Shown: piece after piece, positions 15,543 to 25,297 of the stretch
Layout: each line of letters starts with the position of its first letter
How positions within the stretch are numbered: the stretch's first letter is position 1
From: a virus
Virus record (IMG/VR): IMGVR_UViG_3300048839_000489
Span: 1-64,000 of that record
DNA length: 64,000 nt
Reading direction: 5' to 3' (one strand)
The notes under the pieces: generated by a model
Databases searched by the model: none
Seen by the model: the letters and a program-made list of their open reading frames with translations, nothing else
Told to the model about the DNA's origin: nothing
Position numbers and translations under genes: made by a program

Positions 15543-16190
15543 TTAATCCAAAAAGTCGTGACTGAATGCGTCAAGCATGTCGAGATTATAATACAAGACT
15601 CGAGCCAACGACTCTCGAATCTGTTCCGCAGACGGAACCATAAGTTCCGAGGGATCATCTGTCATAGTGTTGCCGAATGCTCCATTTCTCGGATTACACA
15701 GACGAGCCGCTGGCAAGAATGGAGCTCGAATAACAGCCACTCCAATACGATAGTCGTGACTGTTGCTGTTGCCGATGGGAATAATGGAGAACCATCTCGG
15801 AGCACCTCTGAAGATGTTAGACCCGTCTTTCTTCGCGGCTGATACGGGAATAAACTTGTGAGGTGTTACATTGAAAGTTGTTCCGAACTGAATCCCAATA
15901 ACCCCAAGAATGAGGTCAATGAAATCGGCTCGGTCTCGGTACTCCTCGATGCGCAAGGAACGACTCGAGAAATACTCAGCCACCAACTTCTCAATGTCGG
16001 AAAGACCCGCCAACAATTTTGGATCAGGCTTCTTCTTACCGAGCCCGACAGACTCAGCCCAGATGCGTGTGTCTTCGGAGATGATGTCAACAGCCCGTAC
16101 AAAGAGAGCTTCGTCACGAATCGCACTCACGAAGTCGTCAACACTCAACTCACCTCGAAGGTGTTGTAATTGCTTTCTGTTAAGAGGCAT
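15543..16190 (-). CDS. hypothetical protein
   Basis: 215-aa ORF, co-directional and tightly packed. Confidence 0.65.
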   Translation of the reverse strand: MPLNRKQLQHLRGELSVDDFVSAIRDEALFVRAVDIISEDTRIWAESVGLGKKKPDPKLLAGLSDIEKLVAEYFSSRSLRIEEYRDRADFIDLILGVIGIQFGTTFNVTPHKFIPVSAAKKDGSNIFRGAPRWFSIIPIGNSNSHDYRIGVAVIRAPFLPAARLCNPRNGAFGNTMTDDPSELMVPSAEQIRESLARVLYYNLDMLDAFSHDFLD

Positions 16191-16208
16191 TTAATAAACT
16201 CCTTTCTT

Positions 16209-17036
16209 TTATATCTCACCGGCTTCGACAGTTCTCATGGCATCGAGGAAACTTTTTTCAATGCCGAGAATGGTCTGATACTCAGAATAGAATCTGAGTT
16301 TGTATCTCGTGAACGAGGACACGGAGCTTCCGAGTGTTGTTTTGTAATCTACTGGAGGAGCGCCGCCCTGAGTTGTTGAGTACCAGAGGTACATGAGCTG
16401 ATCAATAATGGACTCATAATCGAGTCCGAAGTAGTTGGGAGACGCCTGATAGTTTTCAGTAGCCTCGTGATTGATCAACTCTTCCTGAGTTTTCGCAAAC
16501 TCAATGTAGTCTCTTACATGGAAGAATCTCTTTGGATAGCCGATCATCTTTGCTATAGAGACTAGTCGGAGAAGGAGAATGGCTAGGCTTACATTAAGAC
16601 CCTCCAATCCGAGTACTCGACCGAAAATAGAGAACCTCTTGTCTCCGTCTGGGAGAATGTACACTCCGAAAGAGTTCATTACGGTAGATACCTCTGCCGC
16701 AACCCAAGCGAGATCTTCTTTCGAGGCTGGAAATAATCCGGAGTGGACATTGACTACATATCGGAGAGTTACCGACATGGCGGAGCTAATTTGCACCAGC
16801 CCGAGCACCTTGGCAAATTTGGAGGTGAAAGTCTCTCGGCAAGTTGTGGAGTCTCTGTATACCAGAAAGTCCTCTACCCTTTTGTTGCGAGCTTCGAGAA
16901 TCTTTGTTGTAAACTCCATGTAGCCGAGAGCGCGGTCTGCGTGTGGCTCAGCAAATCCAAACTCCGTAGCGGCTTTAGCCAGGTCTAACCCCGGACTCTG
17001 ACTCGCCACTATTTGAAAGTGAATCGAATCTTTCAT
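16209..17036 (-). CDS. hypothetical protein
   Basis: 275-aa ORF immediately upstream of the amidohydrolase gene. Confidence 0.65.
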   Translation of the reverse strand: MKDSIHFQIVASQSPGLDLAKAATEFGFAEPHADRALGYMEFTTKILEARNKRVEDFLVYRDSTTCRETFTSKFAKVLGLVQISSAMSVTLRYVVNVHSGLFPASKEDLAWVAAEVSTVMNSFGVYILPDGDKRFSIFGRVLGLEGLNVSLAILLLRLVSIAKMIGYPKRFFHVRDYIEFAKTQEELINHEATENYQASPNYFGLDYESIIDQLMYLWYSTTQGGAPPVDYKTTLGSSVSSFTRYKLRFYSEYQTILGIEKSFLDAMRTVEAGEI

Positions 17037-17039
17037 GAT

Positions 17040-17888
17040 TTATTCTTCCTCCTCTTCATTATCCTCTTCGCCATCGTCCTCATCGAAGTCGGTTTCGTCC
17101 TCAACCTCCTCCTCCTGAAACACGTCTTGAGATGGTCGCTGTCTAATCAAAATGTCCGCCAATCGGAGAGCTGCAGAGCTCGCCTCATCGGCGCTGTGTG
17201 CTGTGGTCTTGAATGTCCACCCAGATGAGAGATCACTCTCCGGCTCGTAGATGGGCACTCCTTTTTCAACCCAGTCTTTAACTTTGTTAAAGAACCAGTG
17301 ATATTTATCATCCTCAAAAAACTCAGGATGAAATTGAGTAGCTAAGATTCTTTTTCCCCACATAGCCATCTCAACGAGATCATCTCCTGGATGCACAGCC
17401 AGTGGAACAAAATCGAGTCGTTCCATCTGTTGTTTGCCGGTGAATATTACCTGACCACCGCTCCGTAGGATTCCTTGATGGTGAAGCGAGTTGACTTTGA
17501 CCAAATCGGAGAACACATTCTTGGTTCTGTGTCTGAGGTCGTGAATGTGATCGTGAATCATGTCGAACTGAGGAAGATCCTGAATCAATGTGCCACCGAG
17601 AGCAACGTTGATGAGCTGGAGACCACGACAAACACCTAGAATCTTGGTGCGTGAGTTTCTCACTGCCACATCGAAGATTCCAAACTCAGCCTCGTCCCGT
17701 CGGTCATTGATACCATAAGCCCCACTCACGGTTTCACCGTAACGAGAAGGACTTACATCCTCGCCACCAGTAAAGATGAGCAGATCGATATCAGGTGTAA
17801 AGTTCTCATGCGATCCGAGAACCTTAGCATCGGGAAAAGCTCCGAGGAAGGAATACGATAGAGCGTGCGTTGCAAAAGCTACCTTCAT
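17040..17888 (-). CDS. class I glutamine amidotransferase-like / peptidase C26 gamma-glutamyl hydrolase (PuuD-like) with polyacidic tail
   Basis: Catalytic signature GVCRGLQLINVALGG (Cys), LHHQG, QFHPE (His-x-Glu). The C-terminus is EEEVEDETDFDEDDGEEDNEEEEE. Confidence 0.8.
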   Translation of the reverse strand: MKVAFATHALSYSFLGAFPDAKVLGSHENFTPDIDLLIFTGGEDVSPSRYGETVSGAYGINDRRDEAEFGIFDVAVRNSRTKILGVCRGLQLINVALGGTLIQDLPQFDMIHDHIHDLRHRTKNVFSDLVKVNSLHHQGILRSGGQVIFTGKQQMERLDFVPLAVHPGDDLVEMAMWGKRILATQFHPEFFEDDKYHWFFNKVKDWVEKGVPIYEPESDLSSGWTFKTTAHSADEASSAALRLADILIRQRPSQDVFQEEEVEDETDFDEDDGEEDNEEEEE

Positions 17889-17904
17889 TTACACTCCTTT
17901 CCAA

Positions 17905-18819
17905 TTAAACAAGGGATTCGACAGTTTTCAGGACTTCGAGCGCCTGTTCTTGATCGACCTTGATGATGGATTCGATACCGGCACGGACGAGTTCTTCGCT
18001 GAGGTTGTCATACAAACCTCCAATGAGAAGACTCTGAATCCCAACCTCAGCCCATCCAAAGACTTTGGAGGCGATGTCTCGGCTCGATGTCCAGCGAACT
18101 GACGGAGTTCGATATTCAACTCCGGACTCGGAAAATTCGATGTCGTTGAATTTTCCATTATACTTCTGGACTCGGAACTTTCCTGGGAGTCCGTAACGGA
18201 AAACACGCTCACGTTCAAGGTCTGCCACATCTGAGTAGGCAGTAGCCGCAAGACCGGCAGTGAGAGCCAACGAACGAATCGCGATCAGAGGACTCTCTTG
18301 GATTTCCTTCACGCCGGAGATGTGAATGTGCCCTCCAGCATAGCGCCACGGGTGGAGGGAGGCATCAAAGTCTTTCGATCTGCGTGGTGTTTTGAGCATA
18401 TGGGAGAATGCGTCGAGATCTGGATCACATCCAAAGCGAGTTGCAAACTTGAAATCACCGCCCTCGCCGATCCAGCGACCAACTTCCCACTGAATGGAGG
18501 GCAGAGCAAGGAGCTCGGGATTCACTTCGTAGCGAGAGAGGAAGGTCTCTGCGAAGACCTTACGAGCGTGATTGATGCGGTCAAACAAGTCCATCCAGCT
18601 CGAGCTTGGGGGAAGACTCATTTCAAATGCCGCACCATCCTCATGAATTTTCACACCTTCAACTTCCATGAAGATGGGATGGGAGCCGTTTTCCTTGACC
18701 TCGGCTCCAAAGTTGCGCCGGAAAACAACGGGAGGCATAGCGTACAGGACTCCTTCCTTGTCATAGCCAGCGAAGAATTCGGGATCAGCCCCCCAGAGAA
18801 GATTTGCTTTTTTCGACAT
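17905..18819 (-). CDS. glutamine-synthetase/GCS2-like carboxylate-amine ligase (phage amidoligase), paralog 1
   Basis: Ordered motifs GADPEF, GGHIHISG and VEYRT match the G-x-[ED]-x-E / H-x-H / E-x-R triad of this fold. Confidence 0.6.
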   Translation of the reverse strand: MSKKANLLWGADPEFFAGYDKEGVLYAMPPVVFRRNFGAEVKENGSHPIFMEVEGVKIHEDGAAFEMSLPPSSSWMDLFDRINHARKVFAETFLSRYEVNPELLALPSIQWEVGRWIGEGGDFKFATRFGCDPDLDAFSHMLKTPRRSKDFDASLHPWRYAGGHIHISGVKEIQESPLIAIRSLALTAGLAATAYSDVADLERERVFRYGLPGKFRVQKYNGKFNDIEFSESGVEYRTPSVRWTSSRDIASKVFGWAEVGIQSLLIGGLYDNLSEELVRAGIESIIKVDQEQALEVLKTVESLV

Positions 18820-18837
18820 TTTATACTCCTTTCTTTT

Positions 18838-19302
18838 CTACACTTTGAACGGTTTTGAGATGACTTCGGTCATCGGAATAAAAAGCTGCTCATTCTTCGA
18901 GAGACCGAGCATAGATTGATAGTCCCTGAGAAGTTCCGGTCGAGGATGTGAAGCTACGGAAGCTCTTTTGAAGATTGTGTCAACACACACTTTGCACACA
19001 CAGACAACGCGCTCGTGGGTAAAGAGATCTGAGATCGGGTGAACTTGCCCACAAATCATGCATGGAGCTTGAAGATGCCCATGCGCACTTCCGCTCGTAA
19101 TCTGAGCTCCACACTTGGTGCACTCCCACACAGGAGTCACTTGAGCCCGACTGTCGAGGCGAAGATCGGCAACGACTCTCGAAATGCCCCCTCCATCAAT
19201 GGAGAACGATGGGGCAACCATCTTAAGTGCTTGTGAGAGATCAAGCACGAGGGATCCACCACATCTTTGGTGGGAGAAAAGGGTAGAGCTGTTAACAGAC
19301 AT
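18838..19302 (-). CDS. Cys-rich (multi zinc-ribbon) protein
   Basis: CTKCG ... CMICG ... CVCKVC. Confidence 0.55.
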   Translation of the reverse strand: MSVNSSTLFSHQRCGGSLVLDLSQALKMVAPSFSIDGGGISRVVADLRLDSRAQVTPVWECTKCGAQITSGSAHGHLQAPCMICGQVHPISDLFTHERVVCVCKVCVDTIFKRASVASHPRPELLRDYQSMLGLSKNEQLFIPMTEVISKPFKV

Positions 19303-19316
19303 GAAACTCCTTTCGT

Positions 19317-20336
19317 TTATTTGTCAACTTTTCCAAATACCACATCTTCAGGATCGAGACCGAGTTCCTCGGCTACCTCTTCTCTCGTCCTCACAGTCCC
19401 AGGCTGTAATCCTACCAGCATGAGTTCAGCAACCCTGTCCCAGACGAGATTCTTATAGACGTTACCGAGAATGTCAATGACAAACTCTACAAGATCTGTC
19501 TCGCCACTAAAGGTGATGTCACCTCCATGACCCACAAATTCGGACAGCATAACTGCGCCTCCAGAGTCGATTGTTTTCGGAGCATCGGTATACAGAGGGG
19601 TAGTGTCCAAGCTAAGTTGTTTGATCTTGGAGAACCCACCGAGAGCGTCGATGTCCTTGTAGCCATCCAATCTCAATTCCAGAGGGCGCAATCCATCCTC
19701 CATCTCGACCTTGAATCCATTCCACGGGCCGACTGTTGAGGTGGTGAAATCTTGGTAGATCCCAAATTTCTTCGATGCGAGAAACGACAGAGCAGCCTTT
19801 CCAAGCTCACTCCATTCTGAACCTGGACGAATGAGCTCATTCTTGCCCATCCATAGAAGCAGAGCTCGCATCACAGTCCACGCAGAGGCATCCGTCAAGC
19901 AGTAAGCAGGAGTCGTGGTAATCTCTCCGGTCTTGGGGTCTACATGCTCGAAAACAAAAAGGGTAGAACCCAATCTGAAGTGAGGAGTGAACTCGTAGAA
20001 ACTTTCTTCCGTTAGGACGACCTTTGAGCGAGTGTCCCATAGAAACCACTCGTCAATCTTGATGGCGTTGGCGAGTCTCGCACCTTCAATTTCTTCCCAC
20101 TGCTCTTCCATAAGATTGGAGGCACTTTTCGCACCCGTGATGGGAATATCTGCTCCGCTCGGGAGATAAAAGCTCGCGCTTTCAACGCCCTCACATTTCA
20201 GAGCCATGACGGTGAGCGTTCCACGGTGGTAACATCTCACCGCTCGGCTTGTTGTGAACAACTTCGCATCAGACTCTCTCGATGGTGAGAAACTCCTCAG
20301 CACGTTTGGTTCTGTATGAACTCTTGTAATTCTCAA
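19317..20336 (-). CDS. hypothetical protein translationally coupled to the RuvB-like gene
   Basis: The TTG start overlaps the upstream TGA (TTGA), with AAGGAG 5 nt upstream; 339 aa. Confidence 0.6.
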   Translation of the reverse strand: MRITRVHTEPNVLRSFSPSRESDAKLFTTSRAVRCYHRGTLTVMALKCEGVESASFYLPSGADIPITGAKSASNLMEEQWEEIEGARLANAIKIDEWFLWDTRSKVVLTEESFYEFTPHFRLGSTLFVFEHVDPKTGEITTTPAYCLTDASAWTVMRALLLWMGKNELIRPGSEWSELGKAALSFLASKKFGIYQDFTTSTVGPWNGFKVEMEDGLRPLELRLDGYKDIDALGGFSKIKQLSLDTTPLYTDAPKTIDSGGAVMLSEFVGHGGDITFSGETDLVEFVIDILGNVYKNLVWDRVAELMLVGLQPGTVRTREEVAEELGLDPEDVVFGKVDK

Positions 20337-21100
20337 ACTAAACTCCTTCCTTTGCTGGAAATAGTAATCATCTTTTTATACAGCAACACCGGCTCTACGT
20401 AGAACCGAATGGATGACTCATCTAAGTGCATCATTGTCGAGATTGTCTTTAGTGACGCAGTACCTCCAAGCTCCTTGAGAGCGGCTATATAGCGTCTAGC
20501 CAGAGAATCCATTCCGTCATCTATACCGAACATGTAGCTCATAAACTTTTTGAACCCGTCTCCTGAAAGAGAGGCGACCTGATCTGGATTCATCATGTTT
20601 ATCTTCGAGCATATTGATCGAATAGTTCTAGGATTGCCAGCAGAGCTCTCAATAATATAATCGAGGATGTGGTCTCCAAAAGCAGCTCCAAGATTTGTTC
20701 TGCAAATCTCCCTAAGCTCCTCTTTAGAATAGTCTTCAAAGATGAGCTGCGTGCATCTATTGGACAGAGCTTCTGGTATAACTGACACCTCGTTACTAGC
20801 AAGCACGAGGATGTGCTTGCCTCCGTCAATTATAGGATACAACCACTCCGGATTCTTCATGACATGAATTTCATCAATGAAGACAACTCTCTTTTGGAAC
20901 CTCGCAGTTACGTTGTCAGCGATACAGTACTCAAAATCACCGCTTGTGAGGTAATTGCACAACATAAAAGCCATCCTCGTTTTCCCCCAACCACTTGGAG
21001 CCCTTAGTAGGAACGACATGTTCAACTCAGGATTCTCACGTAGCTTTGGAAGATAGTTAGAGAGTTGCCTCATTATTGTGGATTGACCGATGAAGTACAC
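20333..21100 (-). CDS. RuvB-like AAA+ ATPase
   Basis: FIGQ, Walker A APSGWGKT, Walker B VVFIDEIH, sensor block AGNPRTIRS, and a RuvB-type C-terminal winged helix (ELGGTASLKTIS...YVEPVLL...SSKGR). GTG start with GAGGAG upstream. Confidence 0.75.
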   Translation of the reverse strand: MYFIGQSTIMRQLSNYLPKLRENPELNMSFLLRAPSGWGKTRMAFMLCNYLTSGDFEYCIADNVTARFQKRVVFIDEIHVMKNPEWLYPIIDGGKHILVLASNEVSVIPEALSNRCTQLIFEDYSKEELREICRTNLGAAFGDHILDYIIESSAGNPRTIRSICSKINMMNPDQVASLSGDGFKKFMSYMFGIDDGMDSLARRYIAALKELGGTASLKTISTMMHLDESSIRFYVEPVLLYKKMITISSKGRSLV

Positions 21101-21870
21101 TATTTTATCTCCTCGATGTGATTAAGAATGCGATTACCATACATCTCCAGAGTGTCCTCATTTTCAGAAACTCCAGGAGCGGTATTAAATTCGATGACTC
21201 GATAAATTTTATTCATAGAATCCCATCCCACATCGAGTCTACCGTACTTAGCTCCAGAGCTATCATAGAAGGACTTGACCACCGGCTCCAATTTAGGATA
21301 TTTCCCAGGGTCTACCCTTGAGAATCTATAACCTCTATGGGAGTTTCTTATTGGAAACTTCTCCTCAGTCTCGCCATCTCTGAGCTTCTTCATGACCTTG
21401 TGAATAACTCCATCAATGACATGAACACCGAGCTCAATAGAAAAGTTGTACCACGGACTCCACCAAGCGCCAGAAAACCTGGAGAACTGTTCAGCGTCCT
21501 CGCACACAACAGCACCTACACCACCCATACCGGTGAGAGTGGTTCTAACGAGGACTGGAAACTCTTTCGGCTCTTCCTTGTGAAACTCAACAGTTGGGAC
21601 ACCATCTTCCACGAGTTTGCGAGATAACCTCAGCTTATTCGAGCAGGTATATATTACTTCTCGTGAGTTCAAGCTAAAGTCCATCTTAGGAGAGTGCACA
21701 AAGTTGGACTCACTATTACCCCATCTAAAGAAGGCATAGTCCCTGATGCGCTCAGGAGAGCTGGTAAATCGCACAGACCAGAAACTCGAGCTATCATTGA
21801 GGTATTCCGAAAGAGCTCTCGCAGACGGACTGAGAAAAGTTCTTGTGAGAATGTAAAACCTCTTTTTCAT
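21100..21870 (-). CDS. ATP-grasp family ligase
   Basis: NKLRLSRKLVEDGVPTVEF, PVLVRTTLTGMGGVG, and the Mg-binding block VIEFNTAPG. Confidence 0.7.
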   Translation of the reverse strand: MKKRFYILTRTFLSPSARALSEYLNDSSSFWSVRFTSSPERIRDYAFFRWGNSESNFVHSPKMDFSLNSREVIYTCSNKLRLSRKLVEDGVPTVEFHKEEPKEFPVLVRTTLTGMGGVGAVVCEDAEQFSRFSGAWWSPWYNFSIELGVHVIDGVIHKVMKKLRDGETEEKFPIRNSHRGYRFSRVDPGKYPKLEPVVKSFYDSSGAKYGRLDVGWDSMNKIYRVIEFNTAPGVSENEDTLEMYGNRILNHIEEIK

Positions 21871-23096
21871 TACTTCCTCAAGGCTACGGTCTCTGATACA
21901 AGCTGCTCGATCTTGGCCTTCTCATTCAAAGTCCAGGGGAACTGAGCTCCAAACTTCTTGTAGATGAACAGAGGAATCCCAGACGTTCCGAGAGCCTTCT
22001 TTACGGATTTCCTGAGTTTCTTCGGTACGGACAGCTTAGGAATCTTGTTCTTTACGAAGTCCTCAAGATCGTCGATGCAGAGTCTCGAAAAGCCTACTCC
22101 ATACAGCTGGTAGAAGATTACATCGAGATCCGTTATTGATAAGAGGTACTGGTCGGAGAACACATTGAGCTTGTCCAGGAGTAGCCATTCTCTTTTGGAC
22201 ACATCCACACGTGGAGTTCGAGAAGCTCCTACATTACCACCGCCCCATACAAATGGCTTTTCAGTCTCTTCGATAGCTCCAATTTTCTTGATGTCAAGCT
22301 GTTCGAGAAGATAGACGGAATCTCTTGGGATCTCCTCCACTTCAGTGAAAATATGCAAGCCTTCGTACAGAGATTGTGCAACCTGAGTAATTATGGAGGA
22401 TGCCATCTCCAGAGTTGCCTTCTCCGTAGCAATAAGGTAGCCGAGCTGCTCATCACATTCAAGAAATGTCTCTTGCTTCTCGTTGGTTGCCCACGAGTAT
22501 TTTTTGTACACCTTTGCTATGTGGAGCTTGGCAATGGTTCCCCTCGCGGCGTAGAACTCACCTGTCTGCTTGTCGAGGATGAGGAAGGCGAATTTTCCCG
22601 AGAACTTTTCCATCGCCTTTCTCAGCAAAGAGTCCACAGGTTCTTCTGGATGAGCTGCCGCCTTGGCTTCAAGCTCTTCGAGGAACCTCAAAGAGTCTGA
22701 TTTGACATTACCTTCGGCAGAGGTATATGATTCGCCTTCTTCCCAGAGTCTTCCGTTGTGAGCCAAAGCGAATCTGACACCCTCGAATGGATGAGCGTTA
22801 CCATCGGAAACCTCCATATTCTTGGAGGCATCTCGTACATGACTGAGAATGGGCAATGGAGCTTTGTAGCCACGCTTGTCAGTCGTGGCACTACGTATGA
22901 GCGTTCCAAGGTTTATTAACGCGTCACCGGCTACTCCGGTTTTCCACACGTTTGACACACTCTGCTTGTTTTGATTAAGAGTGAAACTCCCTGTACCGTG
23001 CCGATGTCCGGCAGAGGCGGCGACTTGAATGAGAATGGTCGTCGCAATTCGATTGAGTTCTTTATCGTTGAGATTAGAAACTAGTAATTGACACAT
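21870..23096 (-). CDS. Ntn-hydrolase / class II glutamine amidotransferase-like protein with C-terminal extension
   Basis: Starts Met-Cys (MCQLL), as required for an N-terminal Cys nucleophile; HNGRL block. Confidence 0.65.
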   Translation of the reverse strand: MCQLLVSNLNDKELNRIATTILIQVAASAGHRHGTGSFTLNQNKQSVSNVWKTGVAGDALINLGTLIRSATTDKRGYKAPLPILSHVRDASKNMEVSDGNAHPFEGVRFALAHNGRLWEEGESYTSAEGNVKSDSLRFLEELEAKAAAHPEEPVDSLLRKAMEKFSGKFAFLILDKQTGEFYAARGTIAKLHIAKVYKKYSWATNEKQETFLECDEQLGYLIATEKATLEMASSIITQVAQSLYEGLHIFTEVEEIPRDSVYLLEQLDIKKIGAIEETEKPFVWGGGNVGASRTPRVDVSKREWLLLDKLNVFSDQYLLSITDLDVIFYQLYGVGFSRLCIDDLEDFVKNKIPKLSVPKKLRKSVKKALGTSGIPLFIYKKFGAQFPWTLNEKAKIEQLVSETVALRK

Positions 23097-24212
23097 CTAT
23101 ATGAGGCTCCTGTCTTGTGATGCAAAGTTATGAATGTTTGTCACTCCGGATGAGGGAGCCTCATCTAGAGTGTCCATGCCCACGGATCGAGATAAAGCAC
23201 AGCTCATGGTAAATCTTTCGAGGTGTGTGAGTGTTATCGTCTTGGTGAGGCTGGGTTGGGGTGTTTTTTCAATGAGTTTCCGAATCCCATTCTCGAATCG
23301 ATCCGTCATTGGATATTCCATCCCAAGCCTCGAAGACACCTCCATGAACTTATCCAGGAACTCGTGATAGACTCCATCTGGATTCTTTTGAAAGATGTCA
23401 ATCTGAGGAAGGGAATCCACAAATCTCCGAGGGGCTTTCAACATGAACTCAGCCGTATGTCTACTCAAACTGGCAACACTCAGAATGTCCTCAACGTCGC
23501 TGGTGAAGTTGCAATGTCTGAACTCAACAGTTCCCCTCAAAAGCTGAGACAACAGATTCACTCCAAAATATCGAGCCGGATGGTATCTCTGAACATCTCC
23601 AAGATAGACTCCAAAGCATTTCCAGAAATCCTCAAATCCCTCAGACTCGAGCGCCTTTTCTGGAGCAATAACGGCATACCCGCCTGAATCCAATCGCACA
23701 GCTGGGGGGTTGCGGAGTGATCTCGCATACGCTGAGTTGTTTATGGAGCCCCTATATTCTCTACCCATGCCCGCTATTTTGTAAAATAGCGCCTCGATTT
23801 TCATGCCAGTGGCGAGTGCTGACTTGGTGAATATGAAGTCTTTAGGGAATCCAACGTGAAAGTGGATCGAGGATCTTGGCGAGAAGATTTCACCACCACC
23901 CACTAAAGCGTTCATAGCAAGTATAGACATTTTGGAGATGTCTTCGAGACTCAGAGGTCTTGATACGAGCTCAAACCCGACTACTTCCCTCTCACTTCTT
24001 CTCGCTGGAGGGGAGTTTCTTACGTATCGCGACCCGAGAAAGACTTTCGCCGACTCTCCTAAACTGAACACTTCACTTTCCACGCTCGCATCGTGAGTTA
24101 TGGAGGAGAGCATTTCAGTTAGAGCTCTTGGCAAGCTTCTTTCTAGAGCCGTGATTGAGGCAGTAACGCCCTCAATCTCAACTCCGATTGTCTTTATGAT
24201 GGAGCCTGTCAC
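23097..24212 (-). CDS. glutamine-synthetase/GCS2-like carboxylate-amine ligase (amidoligase), paralog 2
   Basis: Motif triad GVEIEG, SIHFHVGF, VEFRH. Confidence 0.65.
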   Translation of the reverse strand: MTGSIIKTIGVEIEGVTASITALERSLPRALTEMLSSITHDASVESEVFSLGESAKVFLGSRYVRNSPPARRSEREVVGFELVSRPLSLEDISKMSILAMNALVGGGEIFSPRSSIHFHVGFPKDFIFTKSALATGMKIEALFYKIAGMGREYRGSINNSAYARSLRNPPAVRLDSGGYAVIAPEKALESEGFEDFWKCFGVYLGDVQRYHPARYFGVNLLSQLLRGTVEFRHCNFTSDVEDILSVASLSRHTAEFMLKAPRRFVDSLPQIDIFQKNPDGVYHEFLDKFMEVSSRLGMEYPMTDRFENGIRKLIEKTPQPSLTKTITLTHLERFTMSCALSRSVGMDTLDEAPSSGVTNIHNFASQDRSLI

Positions 24213-24652
24213 TTGTAGAACCTCCTTATAAATTCTCTTACCGTCAGCTTGACCGAGCCGCCCGCTCTCGTATATACAACAACGGACTCGACGATAGGAG
24301 TGGGTATTGAGTGTTTTACTCCGGAAATTAGAACGGTCAGAAACTCTTCGGGCGTCTTATCGAGGGCTACACGTTCTGCCACAAATACACGACCCTCAGA
24401 AACATGGATCTCAAAGTGATTGTTACGAGGATACCGGATGATTTCCTCGACAAGCTCATTTACAGCTCTGAAAGAGCTTTTAAAGCTGAGCCCTATGTAG
24501 TTGATAGACAGAACAATCACTGAGGCTGAAAGAACGGGATTGTTTAGCCGTAAAGCAACCACTCCTGCGTATGTAAAGAACAAGAGAAGCGAGGTCGCCA
24601 CTATAGCTCTTGACACCAGCTTGGCAATTCTCAGATTCATTTCATTTGCCAT
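24209..24652 (-). CDS. membrane protein (2 TM + soluble domain)
   Basis: 147-aa ORF overlapping the upstream and downstream genes. Confidence 0.6.
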   Translation of the reverse strand: MANEMNLRIAKLVSRAIVATSLLLFFTYAGVVALRLNNPVLSASVIVLSINYIGLSFKSSFRAVNELVEEIIRYPRNNHFEIHVSEGRVFVAERVALDKTPEEFLTVLISGVKHSIPTPIVESVVVYTRAGGSVKLTVREFIRRFYK

Positions 24653-25122
24653 TCTGGAAACTTGAGGCCAAACTCGTCCATGTATTCGCGGTCGTAGTTA
24701 TCTCCATCACCAATCCAAAAAACTCTTTTATGAACTGTGCCGCAGAATTGAGTGGATATATCGCCAGCCTCCTCGTTCAGATGGTAGAGAGCGTTGAGAA
24801 TCTCTCTGAATTTAATGTCTCCGAAATAGAATCGGTACAGCCTCCATAGATCCAAAGCACTTCTTGATGCTCCAGCTCTGCATTGGCGAGAGCCATTCTT
24901 TGCGTATGCGGTGGGGACGCTCGAGCTAACTTTCATCAGATCGAAAACTTTCTGAGCTACAGTTCGATCATCCTTCTTCAAGAGCTCGGCGAAATCGGAT
25001 AGTTTTCTGATCACGGCTTTTTGCTCATAGCGACCACCACTATATTCAAAATTGTACTCAGTCCACCTCGTTTGAAATCTTATAGGGCTGACGCTCTTGT
25101 TTTTCAAATTAGGCTTTTTCAA
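24637..25122 (-). CDS. hypothetical protein
   Basis: TTG start with GGAGGT 5 nt upstream. Confidence 0.6.
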   Translation of the reverse strand: MKKPNLKNKSVSPIRFQTRWTEYNFEYSGGRYEQKAVIRKLSDFAELLKKDDRTVAQKVFDLMKVSSSVPTAYAKNGSRQCRAGASRSALDLWRLYRFYFGDIKFREILNALYHLNEEAGDISTQFCGTVHKRVFWIGDGDNYDREYMDEFGLKFPEWQMK

Positions 25123-25297
25123 CTGCTACCTCCTTTACTTCAATTATTTCACTTACAGAGTGAGTGTTTTGAAGAGACAAAATCGCCGTTTCTGGAGACC
25201 ACGCTCTTCTTCGTATTGTTTTTTTAATCCCCACAGAGTCTTTATATGTAATCTCGAAGGTTTTGATGTTAACCTCGGAGAGTATAAAGCAATGCAA
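25109..25297 (-). CDS. hypothetical small protein
   Basis: 62-aa ORF; overlaps both neighbours, start uncertain. Confidence 0.4.
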   Translation of the reverse strand: MHCFILSEVNIKTFEITYKDSVGIKKTIRRRAWSPETAILSLQNTHSVSEIIEVKEVAVEKA

